Part shown: one piece after another, positions 19,947 to 32,962 of the stretch
Position numbering within the stretch: position 1 is the first letter of the stretch
Layout of the letters: each line of letters starts with the position of its first letter
Position numbers and translations under genes: made by a program
Assembly (NCBI GenBank): GCA_032718475.1
Contig: JAUCBJ010007755.1
Coordinates: 1 to 32,962, forward strand
DNA from: Nemertoderma westbladi
Lineage: Eukaryota; Animalia; Xenacoelomorpha
Length of the DNA: 32,962 bases
Direction: 5' to 3'
Notes under the pieces: generated by a model
Databases searched by the model: none
Told to the model about the DNA's origin: nothing
Seen by the model: the letters and a program-made list of their open reading frames with translations, nothing else

Positions 19947-21302
19947 GCCGACTTTAGTTGATAAATAAATGTAAAATATTAAAATATAATAGAGAAATAT
20001 CAACAGTGTTCACAGAATAGTGTTTAAATAGAACCGTCACCGAATATTCTAAAAACGCGAAAATCGGAGTGGAGAGGAAGCGAGCAGAGTGGAGTAGGGG
20101 GGGCGGGCCGTACCTGAAATCGCGAAGGGCCTGAGCGCGTGGGCGCGAGGATTGATCCAAGGTAAGAACCCGGGCCTTAAATGTGCAGGAAATTACCACG
20201 GACAATACCTTGGGTACTAGTGAACGGAAAGTGAAGTACCGGCGCAGCGGTAAGTCTCGTTTGCCTGACGTGATATTCGGGCTCGGTTCAACCGTCTTCT
20301 TAAACCTTCAGCTCAGCAGCTCTCTTCATTTTTTTTTCGTTATTCTAGAACATATCACCCTGGCAACCCACACCACAGTACTGCCGCGCCTAAAAAAATG
20401 CCGCGATATTATGTATATTATTATGTATGTTACGTATATTACATGATATTCGGGCTTGGTTCAACCGTCTTCTTTTCAACCGACTTCACCGACAAAAACT
20501 CCTACAATACTATCAAAAATTATATTAAAAATATATACATCTTATGGAATGCAACATGGCGAGTCTCGTGGTATATTTACTTTTTCACGAGATACTTAAA
20601 TAAGCCCATACCAACGTCATATTCCTGTGTTTTCACTCAACATTATCCATTCAAGATGGCGTCCATTCATTTCAATATACAATCTCCCTTCTCATTAACT
20701 TATGTTAATGAGTTCTGTACTTCACCTTATGTGACTGCTTCAGGCATTGCGTTGTTGCCTCTCTCGCCATCTAATATTATTGCATTGATATTATAGGCTG
20801 ACCGTATGGCGGTTAGGTTTATGGTTGGGTTTGTGATAACACACTTGTGTTTAGCATGTTGGTTAATGCATACTGTATGTATGTTTTATTTATTTATTTT
20901 GTTTCTGCTTTGAAGGCCCTATATAAGTGCCTAGTACGAAAGCAATAAACCCTCTATCATCGCGGATTGGTCTCCTTCAATCCACCCGGTCACACTCTCA
21001 GCAACAGGCCCTGATTAAGGGCCTGATTAAGGATTAACTTCTGTACATAAAAACTAAATAATAGAGCTAACACAGTACATATAGGTTTCCCGCCAAAGTT
21101 TATTTCAAACCCTCCAACCGTTTTGTATCTACCCCCCCCCCCCCCCCCTCCCCCCATACAAAACATTATTGTTCCAATTCCGAACCGAGTTTGTTTCATC
21201 CGCCATACATAGAGTATCCTTGTTTCATGGTACTGGGTACTGACGCTTTCCAAGTATTCATGGGAAGCGTTTCATAAACAGAGGATGTCAGAAACCAACG
21301 GT

Positions 21303-23178
21303 CTACTTTATTTCATTACTTATTCGCGTAACCAACGTTTGTATCTCTTTAGTTAACGGCCCAACTACCCCGATGTATTTCTCAATTTCTTCCGTTTTTT
21401 TGGCTCCTTTTATTATCTCGTCAACTTCCCATATATTAATATGATTTATCTGATCGCTTTGGTTTAAATTAATTTTAAGAATCGTGCCCTTTAGATAACC
21501 AACCAGTAAATAACTTGAGTCAGGCTGGAAGGCAATCGACCAAAACCAGTTCCATTCCCCGCTCGGCCGACCCCTAAACTCCTTTATCTCTCTTCCACCG
21601 TCGTCCCCATCGAGCACCCTTATATAAGATACCCCGTCCAGATACCACCCTCGCACAGCAACCCTCCCACCCTGGGGTTCCCATTTAACCTGCATCCCCC
21701 ATTTCTTCTGTCCCCATATCTCCTCGCCAGTTTCAAATGAAACACATTTAGTAAATTCGTATCCCAATACTATCAGTTTCGTACAATCTGAATTAAATGC
21801 AATCGAATATACTTTATCCTGCGGAGCCCAAGGGAAATTAAAAATAATATTTTTTTTTGCTAAATCGTGCGAACGACTTACTAAGTCGTTCGAATGATCA
21901 TACTACTATGTCGTGCGATGACTTCAATAATTCGTGCGAACGACTTACTACAGTAAGTCGTGCAAACAACTTAAACTAACTCCGTGCGAATGACCTTACT
22001 ATGTCGTGCAACGACTTAAGGCTTACTATCAAAATCGTGCGAGCGACTTACTAACTATACTTCGATTAAACAGTGCTGTTATATGAGTGGTAAATACATT
22101 AGCGGGTTTTTCAATTCAATATACAATAATGTAGTTAGAAACGGTTAACTCAAATCGGTCTGCAGTCTACCACTAGAGGGCGAAATGTCTGAAATTGAAA
22201 TCCTTGACCCATTATCTTATTGATACCATTGATCCATTCAAGCTGAAACTGTCTACCACATTACGTACAGTATATATGGAAAACGACAATTTGGCCCTGT
22301 ATTGAACTGTTTGATAACGCTCGCCTATTTTATGGCTCGCCCCACAGATGTCATTTATAACAAGACGTTACAATGACTAATCACAATGACTATATTTTCA
22401 ATGTTAAGTATTCATTAAATGTGCTACATAGATGAGACTATATATAGGCAATTTTTTAGTGATAATTAAAAGTGAATGAAATTTTGTAAAAAAAAATTAT
22501 AACAAGACGTCATATTTAACCAATTAGATTAGAAATAGTGAGTCCTTCGCACAACTTAGCAAAAATATTCTTTTAATGTCCCTTTAAGGGCTCCGTATTA
22601 TCCTCTTGTTCTAAAAGCAACTTTATAAGTTCTCCTTTAATGTTCCAATGCTTGACGCTTCCATCATCAGAGCTGCTTACTAACTCTGTCCCTATATTGT
22701 TAAAGATCACGTTTGTTACGCAATCGCTATGGGCGGCCCAAGTAAAATGCGTAAATGAATTATCAGATATATTAATTAAGGAGATTGTTCCATCTTCGCA
22801 CCCGCTCGCGATTACATTGCTGTCCACGGGACTGAATTGCAATGTCCGACCTCGTAGTATTGGCGTCTCCGAGTTGATTCTCAGTTCGTCCTCAGCAATG
22901 TGGAGTAAAAGTTCATTTATTTCAACATCCCAGACATTTATTCCCCCACCGAACCGACTTCTTACAGACCCAGCTACCCACTTTGACGCAGGAGACACCG
23001 CGCAGCTGTCAATATGCCGGTTATCGGTGTCTTTAAGTCGATTAATAATCCCGAGATTCGTCGCGTCACAGATAACGGCTCCATCGGAACCGCAGTAAAT
23101 AAATCGAACCCCGTCCGGGAAATATTCCAAGTCGCACAATCTCACGACCTTTATGGGAATGTTTGGAGACTCTGCCAT
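21303..23178 (-). pseudogene. WD40-repeat gene, copy B, with IS3EU-like MITE at 21820-22597
   Basis: Both halves are open with the same TTATCC TSD. A few substitutions versus copy A (A>T, R>W, G>E, V>L, I>K). Confidence 0.8.
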
Positions 23179-23372
23179 TGATCTATAAGCTGTGGAGGCT
23201 ACATACTGCGCATTAGTCTATAGATGGCGGCCCTTTTGTGTGGATTTAAAGTGTTTTTATTTAGTGAGTAAACATAACTAAATTAAATAGTTGTAGCCTA
23301 CTTTTTGTTACATAATGTACGACAGTATAGTACAGTCCAACATGCCTTACTATAAAACCAGAAACACCTATA

Positions 23373-23803
23373 ACTACTACTACTACTACTATTGGCAACC
23401 TACATTGTAGCTGCATTATATATATTAAATATATATTATAAATGCTGTGCCAGCTTGTCGACAAAATTCCCTATCCACAACTCCCTATCACCCAACACAT
23501 TTGCTAGATCATCCGCATCTTCAAGGCCAGTGTCCTTTAAGATGCGTCTCAAGAAAGTCATGGGCTGTCCACCATGCTTATTCACTCCAAAGCACAAAGT
23601 TCTGCACTGGCTGGACCTCACGGTGAAGCGGAGACGGCGCCGTTCAAGAGTAAAGCTAGCGGAGACTAATGAAAAACCTCCGATGTCTAAGGACATGCGA
23701 AGGACAAAATAACCACAATTATGAATAACAATGGTGCAAGTGGAACTAGAACAATTGCCCCCTTAGGGCAATTGCCTCCCGGACAATTGCACTCCGGGCA
23801 ATT
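23373..23803 (-). mobile_element. Internally deleted copy of the RTE relic plus truncated left end of the MULE MITE (23742-~23803); repeated near 25246-25676 and 32180-32610
   Basis: Matches 11935-12259 joined to 12824-~12930. Confidence 0.8.
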
Positions 23804-24333
23804 GATTACAGATTGCAGATTACATGACAAGCAGATTACAGATTGCAGATTACATGACAATTATTGTGTCCATAATTAATTAATTATAATTAATAAAAAA
23901 TTCGTAATATCGCGCCGACAGCTATGGCATATCAACCTGGTAGAAACTCGTCCCTCAGTGTGTCTGAGTGGCAGTAGCGGCCTTGTATAAGCTTCTTCAG
24001 TAGAGTGACCTAAAAATATAAAAATAATAAGTTTACATATAGATCAATAATTATTAGTACAAACAAATACAAATACTATAATATTGAATGAAATAATATT
24101 GTTTCATGTTTAACGCATTTTAATATTTATTACAATAAACTGGAATAACTTATCTTCACAAACGCTGCGCTATAATTATTAACTGAACTTTAAATAGTTT
24201 TATTAAAAACCGCAATCCAGAACAACAATATATTAAAGGAATCGAATTATAATGTAAATTAAAGTCACTGATACAACTTCCTCCCTCTAGTGCTGCACCG
24301 TACTCCATATGCCTACTACAAGCATTGAACAGT

Positions 24334-25051
24334 CTACTTTATTTCATTACTTATTCGCGTAACCAACGTTTGTATCTCTTTAGTTAACGGCCCAACTACC
24401 CCGATGTATTTCTCAATTTCTTCCGTGTTTTTGGCTCCTTTTATTATTTCGTCAACTTCCCATATATTAATATGATTTATCTGATCGCTTTGGTTTAAAT
24501 TAATTTTAAGAATCGTGCCCTTTAGATAACCAACCAGTAAATAACTTGAGTCAGGCTGGAAGGCAATCGACCAAAACCAGTTCCATTCCCCGCTCGGCCG
24601 ACCCCTAAACTCCTTTATCTCTCTTCCACCGTCGTCCCCATCGAGCACCCTTATATAAGATACCCCGTCCAGATACCACCCTCGCACAGCAACCCTCCCA
24701 CCCTGGGGTTCCCATTTAACCTGCATCCCCCATTTCTTCTGTCCCCATATCTCCTCGCCGGTTTCAAATGAAATACATTTTAGTAAATTCGTATCCCAAT
24801 ACTATCAGTTTCGTACAATCTGAATTAAATGCAATCGAATATACTTTATCCCACTTTGACGCAGGAGACACCGCGCAGCTGTCAATATGCCGGTTATCGG
24901 TGTCTTTAAGTCGATTAATAATCCCGAGATTCGTCGCGTCACAGATAACGGCTCCATCGGAACCGCAGTAAATAAATCGAACCCCGTCCGGGAAATATTC
25001 CAAGTCGCACAATCTCACGACCTTTATGGGAATGTTTGGAGACTCTGCCAT
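24334..25051 (-). pseudogene. WD40 copy C: MITE-less, internally shortened, frameshifted
   Basis: In-frame join ...PASKW|DKVYSIAF at 24851/24850. A 1-nt insertion at ~24778-24781 (ACATTTTAG versus ACATTTAG) causes an early stop. Confidence 0.85.
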
Positions 25052-26199
25052 TGATCTATAAGCTGTGGAGGCTACATACTGCGCATTAGTCTATAGATGG
25101 CGGCCCTTTTGTGTGGATTTAAAGTGTTTTTATTTAGTGAGTAAACATAACTAAATTAAATAGTTGTAGCCTACTTTTTGTTACATAATGTACGACAGTA
25201 TAGTACAGTCCAACATGCCTTACTATAAAACCAGAAACACCTATAACTACTACTACTACTACTATTGGCAACCTACATTGTAGCTGCATTATATATATTA
25301 AATATATATTATAAATGCTGTGCCAGCTTGTCGACAAAATTCCCTATCCACAACTCCCTATCACCCAACACATTTGCTAGATCATCCGCATCTTCAAGGC
25401 CAGTGTCCTTTAAGATGCGTCTCAAGAAAGTCATGGGCTGTCCACCATGCTTATTCACTCCAAAGCACAAAGTTCTGCACTGGCTGGACCTCACGGTGAA
25501 GCGGAGACGGCGCCGTTCAAGAGTAAAGCTAGCGGAGACTAATGAAAAACCTCCGATGTCTAAGGACATGCGAAGGACAAAATAACCACAATTATGAATA
25601 ACAATGGTGCAAGTGGAACTAGAACAATTGCCCCCTTAGGGCAATTGCCTCCCGGACAATTGCACTCCGGGCAATTGATTACAGATTGCAGATTACATGA
25701 CAAGCAGATTACAGATTACATGACAATTATTGTGTCCATAATTAATTAATTATAATTAATAAAAAATTCGTAATATCGCGCCGACAGCTATGGCATATCA
25801 ACCTGGTAGAAACTCGTCCCTCAGTGTGTCTGAGTGGCAGTAGCGGCCTTGTATAAGCTTCTTCAGTAGAGTGACCTAAAAATATAAAAATAATAAGTTT
25901 ACATATAGATCAATAATTATTAGTACAAACAAATACAAATACTATAATATTGAATGAAATAATATTGTTTCATGTTTAACGCATTTTAATATTTATTACA
26001 ATAAACTGGAATAACTTATCTTCACAAACGCTGCGCTATAATTATTAACTGAACTTTAAATAGTTTTATTAAAAACCGCAATCCAGAACAACAATATATT
26101 AAAGGAATCGAATTATAATGTAAATTAAAGTCACTGATACAACTTCCTCCCTCTAGTGCTGCACCGTACTCCATATGCCTACTACAAGCATTGAACAGT

Positions 26200-28110
26200 C
26201 TACTTTATTTCATTACTTATTCGCGTAACCAACGTTTGTATCTCTTTAGTTAACGGCCCAACTACCCCGATGTATTTCTCAATTTCTTCCGTGTTTTTGG
26301 CTCCTTTTATTATTTCGTCAACTTCCCATATATTAATATGATTTATCTGATCGCTTTGGTTTAAATTAATTTTAAGAATCGTGCCCTTTAGATAACCAAC
26401 CAGTAAATAACTTGAGTCAGGCTGGAAGGCAATCGACCAAAACCAGTTCCATTCCCCGCTCGGCCGACCCCTAAACTCCTTTATCTCTCTTCCACCGTCG
26501 TCCCCATCGAGCACCCTTATATAAGATACCCCGTCCAGATACCACCCTCGCACAGCAACCCTCCCACCCTGGGGTTCCCATTTAACCTGCATCCCCCATT
26601 TCTTCTGTCCCCATATCTCCTCGCCGGTTTCAAATGAAATACATTTTAGTAAATTCGTATCCCAATACTATCAGTTTCGTACAATCTGAATTAAATGCAA
26701 TCGAATATACTTTATCCTGCGGAGCCCAAGGGAAATTAAAAATAATATTTTTTTTTGCTAAATCGTGCGAACGACTTACTAAGTCGTACGAATGATCATA
26801 CTACTATGTCGTGCGATGACTTCAATAATTCGTGCGAACGACTTACTACAGTAGTAAGTCGTGCAAACAACTTAACTAACTCCGTGCGAATGACCATACT
26901 GTACTACTATGTCGTGCAACGACTTAAGGCTTACTATAATTCGTTCACACGGCTTATCAAAATCGTGCGAGCGACTTACTAACTATACTTCGATTAAACA
27001 GTGCTGTTATATGAGTGGTAAATACATCAGCGGGTTTTTCAATTCAATATACAATAATGTAGTTGAAACTAATAACGGCTAACTCAAGTCGGTCTGCAGT
27101 CTACCACTAGAGGGCGAAATGTCTAAAAGTGAAATCCTTGACCCATTACCTTATTTATGATCCATTCAAGCTGAAACTCTCTACTACTACTGTACATTAC
27201 ATATATATGGAAAACGCCGATTTGGCCCTGCATTGAACTGTATGATAACGCCTGCCTATTTTATGGCTCGCCCCACAGATGTCATTTATAACAAGACGTT
27301 ACAATGACTAATCACAATGACTATATTTTCAATGTTAAGTATTCATTAAATGTGCTACATAGATGAGACTATATATAGGCAATTTTTTAGTGATAATTAA
27401 AAGTGAATGAAATTTTGTAAAAAAAAATTATAACAAGACGTCATATTTAACCAATTAGATTAGAAATAATGAGTCATTCGCAGGACTTAGCAAAAAATAT
27501 TATTTTAATGTCCCTTTAAGGGCTCCGTATTATCCTCTTGTTCTAAAAGCACCTTTATAAGTTCTCCTATAATGTTCCAATGCTTGACGCTTCCATCATC
27601 AGAGCTGCTTACTAACTCTGTCCCTATATTGTTAAAGATCACGTTTGTTACGCAATCGCTATGGGCGGCCAAAGTAAAATGCGTAAATAAATTATCAGAT
27701 ATATTAATTAAGGAGATTGTTCCATCTCCGCACCCGCTCGCGATTACATTGCTGTCCACGGGACTGAATTGCAATGTCCGACCTCGTAGTATTGGCGTCT
27801 CCGAGTTGATTCTCAGTTCGTCCTCAGCAATGTGGAGTAAAAGTACGTTTATTTCAACATCCCAGACATTTATTCCCCCACCGAACCGACTTCTTACAGA
27901 CCCAGCTACCCTCTTTGACGCAGGGGACACCGCGCAGCTGTCAATATGCCGGCTATCGGAGTCTTTAAGTCGATTAATAATCCCGAGATTCGTCGCGTCA
28001 CAGATAACGGCTCCATCGGAACCGCAGTAAATAAATCGAACCCCGTCCGGGAAATATTCCAAGTCGCACAATCTCACGACCTTTATGGGAATGTTTGGAG
28101 ACTCTGCCAT
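26200..28110 (-). pseudogene. WD40 copy D with IS3EU-like MITE at 26718-27529; frameshift in the 3' half
   Basis: Same 1-nt insertion as copy C at ~26644-26647. The 5' half is open and the most divergent of the copies. Confidence 0.82.
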
Positions 28111-28300
28111 TGATCTATAAGCTGTGGAGGCTACATACAGCGAATTAGTTTATAGATGGCGGCCCTTTTGTGTCGATTTAAAGTGTCGTTATTTAGTGAG
28201 TAAACATAACTAAATTAAATAGTTGTAGCCTACTTTTTGTTACATACGACAGTATAGTACAGTCCAACATGCCTTACTATAAAACCAGAAACACCTATAA

Positions 28301-29126
28301 CTACTACTACTACTACTATTGGCAACCTACATTGTAGCTGCATTATATATATTAAATATATATTATAAATGCTGTGCCAGCTTGTCGACAAAATTCCCTA
28401 TCCACAACTCCCTATCACCCATGACATTTGCTAGATCATCCGCATCTTCAAGGCCAGTGTCCTTTAAGATGCGTCTCAAGAAAGTCATGGGCTGTCCACC
28501 ATGCTTATTCACTCCATGAGGCTGCCAAAGTACAAGATTATGCACTGGCTGGACCTCACGGCGAAGCGGAGGCGGCGCCGTTCAAGAGTAAAGCTAGCGG
28601 AGACTAATGAAAAACCTCCGATGTTGCCCAATCTCCAGAGTCTGATTGGAGGTGTGTTCATTGTTCTTGACACAAATATTAATTAACGCGCAGCATTCAT
28701 GCGTAGTGTAAGTGCTATTAGAGCCCAGCACCGATTCCCATATAAGAGTATTGGAACTACTGCTGTTTAAATAATCGAACCTTGAGATTTTGTTTTACTC
28801 TATGGGACTAAATTCTAGACAGAATATATCTTCCCCTTACGTATCCGAAGGTCTACACATGACTTCCAGATTCTTGACCCCCAAGTAGTAGAAGTCATCC
28901 ACATGCTCAAGCAGGCCATCCCTGGCACTTTATGCCCTTATGATCAGACATTTCTTGAGGGCTGTCAACGATTCACTGTCAAAACTTATGTCCTCTTGGA
29001 GTTTAAAAATGACCAACACTAGAAGCAATCTGCTCCAATGAGCAGAGGAGCCTTTGGGCTCCCTCTAGTGAATCTGACAGTACCCCTAAGTCATCAATAA
29101 AGTCTAATTCAGGCAGGTACATTGCT
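28301..29126 (-). mobile_element. Paralogous copy of the RTE relic
   Basis: Aligns with 11935-12781 and retains the LVLWQPHG segment deleted in copies A and B. Confidence 0.85.
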
Positions 29127-29320
29127 GGATTCGTCGCGTCACAGATAACGGCTCCATCGGAACCGCAGTAAATAAATCGAACCCCGTCCGGGAAATATTC
29201 CAAGTCGCACAATCTCACGACCTTTATGGGAATGTTTGGAGACTCTGCCATTGATCTATAAGCTGTGGAGGCTACATACTGCGCATTAGTCTATAGATGG
29301 CGGCCCTTTTGTGTGGATTT

Positions 29321-32300
29321 AAAAATTATATTAAAAATATATACATCTTATGGAATGCAACATGGCGAGTCTCGTGGTATATTTACTTTTTCACGAGATA
29401 CTTAAATAAGCCCATACCAACGTCATATTCCTGTGTTTTCACTCAACATTATCCATTCAAGATGGCGTCCATTCATTTCAATATACAATCTCCCTTCTCA
29501 TTAACTTATGTTAATGAGTTCTGTACTTCACCTTATGTGACTGCTTCAGGCATTGCGTTGTTGCCTCTCTCGCCATCTAATATTATTGCATTGATATTAT
29601 AGGCTGACCGTATGGCGGTTAGGTTTATGGTTGGGTTTGTGATAACACACTTGTGTTTAGCATGTTGGTTAATGCATACTGTATGTATGTTTTATTTATT
29701 TATTTTGTTTCTGCTTTGAAGGCCCTATATAAGTGCCTAGTACGAAAGCAATAAACCCTCTATCATCGCGGATTGGTCTCCTTCAATCCACCCGGTCACA
29801 CTCTCAGCAACAGGCCCTGATTAAGGGCCTGATTAAGGATTAACTTCTGTACATAAAAACTAAATAATAGAGCTAACACAGTACATATAGGTTTCCCGCC
29901 AAAGTTTATTTCAAACCCTCCAACCGTTTTGTATCTACCCCCCCCCCCCCCCCCCTCCCCCCATACAAAACATTATTGTTCCAATTCCGAACCGAGTTTG
30001 TTTCATCCGCCATACATAGAGTATCCTTGTTTCATGGTACTGGGTACTGACGCTTTCCAAGTATTCATGGGAAGCGTTTCATAAACAGAGGATGTCAGAA
30101 ACCAACGGTCTACTTTATTTCATTACTTATTCGCGTAACCAACGTTTGTATCTCTTTAGTTAACGGCCCAACTACCCCGATGTATTTCTCAATTTCTTCC
30201 GTTTTTTTGGCTCCTTTTATTATCTCGTCAACTTCCCATATATTAATATGATTTATCTGATCGCTTTGGTTTAAATTAATTTTAAGAATCGTGCCCTTTA
30301 GATAACCAACCAGTAAATAACTTGAGTCAGGCTGGAAGGCAATCGACCAAAACCAGTTCCATTCCCCGCTCGGCCGACCCCTAAACTCCTTTATCTCTCT
30401 TCCACCGTCGTCCCCATCGAGCACCCTTATATAAGATACCCCGTCCAGATACCACCCTCGCACAGCAACCCTCCCACCCTGGGGTTCCCATTTAACCTGC
30501 ATCCCCCATTTCTTCTGTCCCCATATCTCCTCGCCAGTTTCAAATGAAACACATTTAGTAAATTCGTATCCCAATACTATCAGTTTCGTACAATCTGAAT
30601 TAAATGCAATCGAATATACTTTATCCTGCGGAGCCCAAGGGAAATTAAAAATAATATTTTTTTTTGCTAAATCGTGCGAACGACTTACTAAGTCGTTCGA
30701 ATGATCATACTACTATGTCGTGCGATGACTTCAATAATTCGTGCGAACGACTTACTACAGTAAGTCGTGCAAACAACTTAAACTAACTCCGTGCGAATGA
30801 CCTTACTATGTCGTGCAACGACTTAAGGCTTACTATCAAAATCGTGCGAGCGACTTACTAACTATACTTCGATTAAACAGTGCTGTTATATGAGTGGTAA
30901 ATACATTAGCGGGTTTTTCAATTCAATATACAATAATGTAGTTAGAAACGGTTAACTCAAATCGGTCTGCAGTCTACCACTAGAGGGCGAAATGTCTGAA
31001 ATTGAAATCCTTGACCCATTATCTTATTGATACCATTGATCCATTCAAGCTGAAACTGTCTACCACATTACGTACAGTATATATGGAAAACGACAATTTG
31101 GCCCTGTATTGAACTGTTTGATAACGCTCGCCTATTTTATGGCTCGCCCCACAGATGTCATTTATAACAAGACGTTACAATGACTAATCACAATGACTAT
31201 ATTTTCAATGTTAAGTATTCATTAAATGTGCTACATAGATGAGACTATATATAGGCAATTTTTTAGTGATAATTAAAAGTGAATGAAATTTTGTAAAAAA
31301 AAATTATAACAAGACGTCATATTTAACCAATTAGATTAGAAATAGTGAGTCCTTCGCACAACTTAGCAAAAATATTCTTTTAATGTCCCTTTAAGGGCTC
31401 CGTATTATCCTCTTGTTCTAAAAGCAACTTTATAAGTTCTCCTTTAATGTTCCAATGCTTGACGCTTCCATCATCAGAGCTGCTTACTAACTCTGTCCCT
31501 ATATTGTTAAAGATCACGTTTGTTACGCAATCGCTATGGGCGGCCCAAGTAAAATGCGTAAATGAATTATCAGATATATTAATTAAGGAGATTGTTCCAT
31601 CTTCGCACCCGCTCGCGATTACATTGCTGTCCACGGGACTGAATTGCAATGTCCGACCTCGTAGTATTGGCGTCTCCGAGTTGATTCTCAGTTCGTCCTC
31701 AGCAATGTGGAGTAAAAGTTCATTTATTTCAACATCCCAGACATTTATTCCCCCACCGAACCGACTTCTTACAGACCCAGCTACCCACTTTGACGCAGGA
31801 GACACCGCGCAGCTGTCAATATGCCGGTTATCGGTGTCTTTAAGTCGATTAATAATCCCGAGATTCGTCGCGTCACAGATAACGGCTCCATCGGAACCGC
31901 AGTAAATAAATCGAACCCCGTCCGGGAAATATTCCAAGTCGCACAATCTCACGACCTTTATGGGAATGTTTGGAGACTCTGCCATTGATCTATAAGCTGT
32001 GGAGGCTACATACTGCGCATTAGTCTATAGATGGCGGCCCTTTTGTGTGGATTTAAAGTGTTTTTATTTAGTGAGTAAACATAACTAAATTAAATAGTTG
32101 TAGCCTACTTTTTGTTACATAATGTACGACAGTATAGTACAGTCCAACATGCCTTACTATAAAACCAGAAACACCTATAACTACTACTACTACTACTATT
32201 GGCAACCTACATTGTAGCTGCATTATATATATTAAATATATATTATAAATGCTGTGCCAGCTTGTCGACAAAATTCCCTATCCACAACTCCCTATCACCC

Positions 32301-32962
32301 AACACATTTGCTAGATCATCCGCATCTTCAAGGCCAGTGTCCTTTAAGATGCGTCTCAAGAAAGTCATGGGCTGTCCACCATGCTTATTCACTCCAAAGC
32401 ACAAAGTTCTGCACTGGCTGGACCTCACGGTGAAGCGGAGACGGCGCCGTTCAAGAGTAAAGCTAGCGGAGACTAATGAAAAACCTCCGATGTCTAAGGA
32501 CATGCGAAGGACAAAATAACCACAATTATGAATAACAATGGTGCAAGTGGAACTAGAACAATTGCCCCCTTAGGGCAATTGCCTCCCGGACAATTGCACT
32601 CCGGGCAATTGATTACAGATTGCAGATTACATGACAAGCAGATTACAGATTGCAGATTACATGACAATTATTGTGTCCATAATTAATTAATTATAATTAA
32701 TAAAAAATTCGTAATATCGCGCCGACAGCTATGGCATATCAACCTGGTAGAAACTCGTCCCTCAGTGTGTCTGAGTGGCAGTAGCGGCCTTGTATAAGCT
32801 TCTTCAGTAGAGTGACCTAAAAATATAAAAATAATAAGTTTACATATAGATCAATAATTATTAGTACAAACAAATACAAATACTATAATATTGAATGAAA
32901 TAATATTGTTTCATGTTTAACGCATTTTAATATTTATTACAATAAACTGGAATAACTTATCT
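29321..32962. repeat. Near-identical duplication of 20515-24155 (offset 8806-8807), running off the window end
   Basis: Identical translated ORFs at 21303/30110, 22573/31380 and 23436/32243. Confidence 0.92.
30110..31985 (-). pseudogene. WD40 copy E (same translation as copy B) with IS3EU-like MITE at 30627-31404
   Basis: Same 154-aa and 201-aa ORFs as copy B. Confidence 0.8.

Larger units (their letters stand above)
17716..22183. repeat. Near-perfect tandem duplication, period 2237 bp (17716-19946 and 19953-22183)
   Basis: Identical ORF set offset by 2237 (17717/19954, 18161/20398, 19066/21303), with a 6-nt filler GCCGAC at the junction. Confidence 0.92.
22978..26716. repeat. Tandem duplication, period ~1.87 kb (22978-24850 and 24851-26716)
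   Basis: ORF offsets 1873 (23178/25051) then 1866 (24334/26200) after a 7-bp indel in the GATTACA/GATTGCA repeat. Confidence 0.88.

Noticed and set aside
15195-32962. Ciliate-style scrambled gene or Helitron as the cause of the mosaic
   Set aside because: Standard genetic code, whole overlapping duplicates rather than MDS/pointer partitions, and no convincing Helitron 5'-TC or 3' hairpin-CTRR ends seen.

Overview
Eukaryotic (probably invertebrate animal) genomic DNA in two parts. (1) 1-7379 is one end of a Polinton/Maverick-type element. On the minus strand it carries a PC4-like protein, an intact 1341-aa protein-primed family B DNA polymerase (N-terminal Zn fingers, inserted HNH/EndoVII-like domain) and an overlapping 181-aa TBP-fold protein. 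It ends in subterminal 95-bp repeats and ...TATACTACT (AGTAGT on the minus strand). The boundary is supported by three empty-site paralogs later in the window, which read CCTATATAAG, a TATA-box-like sequence. (2) 7380-32962 is host DNA: a 5'-truncated RTE-type LINE with a 22-bp TSD, a WD40-repeat gene interrupted by an IS3EU-like MITE with a 6-bp TSD, an older RTE relic with a nested MULE/foldback MITE, and about 18 kb of nested, scrambled duplications of these modules (offsets about 1.58, 2.24, 1.87 and 8.8 kb) joined by microhomologies and templated inserts. One WD40 copy lacks exactly a GT..AG segment ending at the MITE terminus. All protein calls come from motif recognition by eye; no searches were run.
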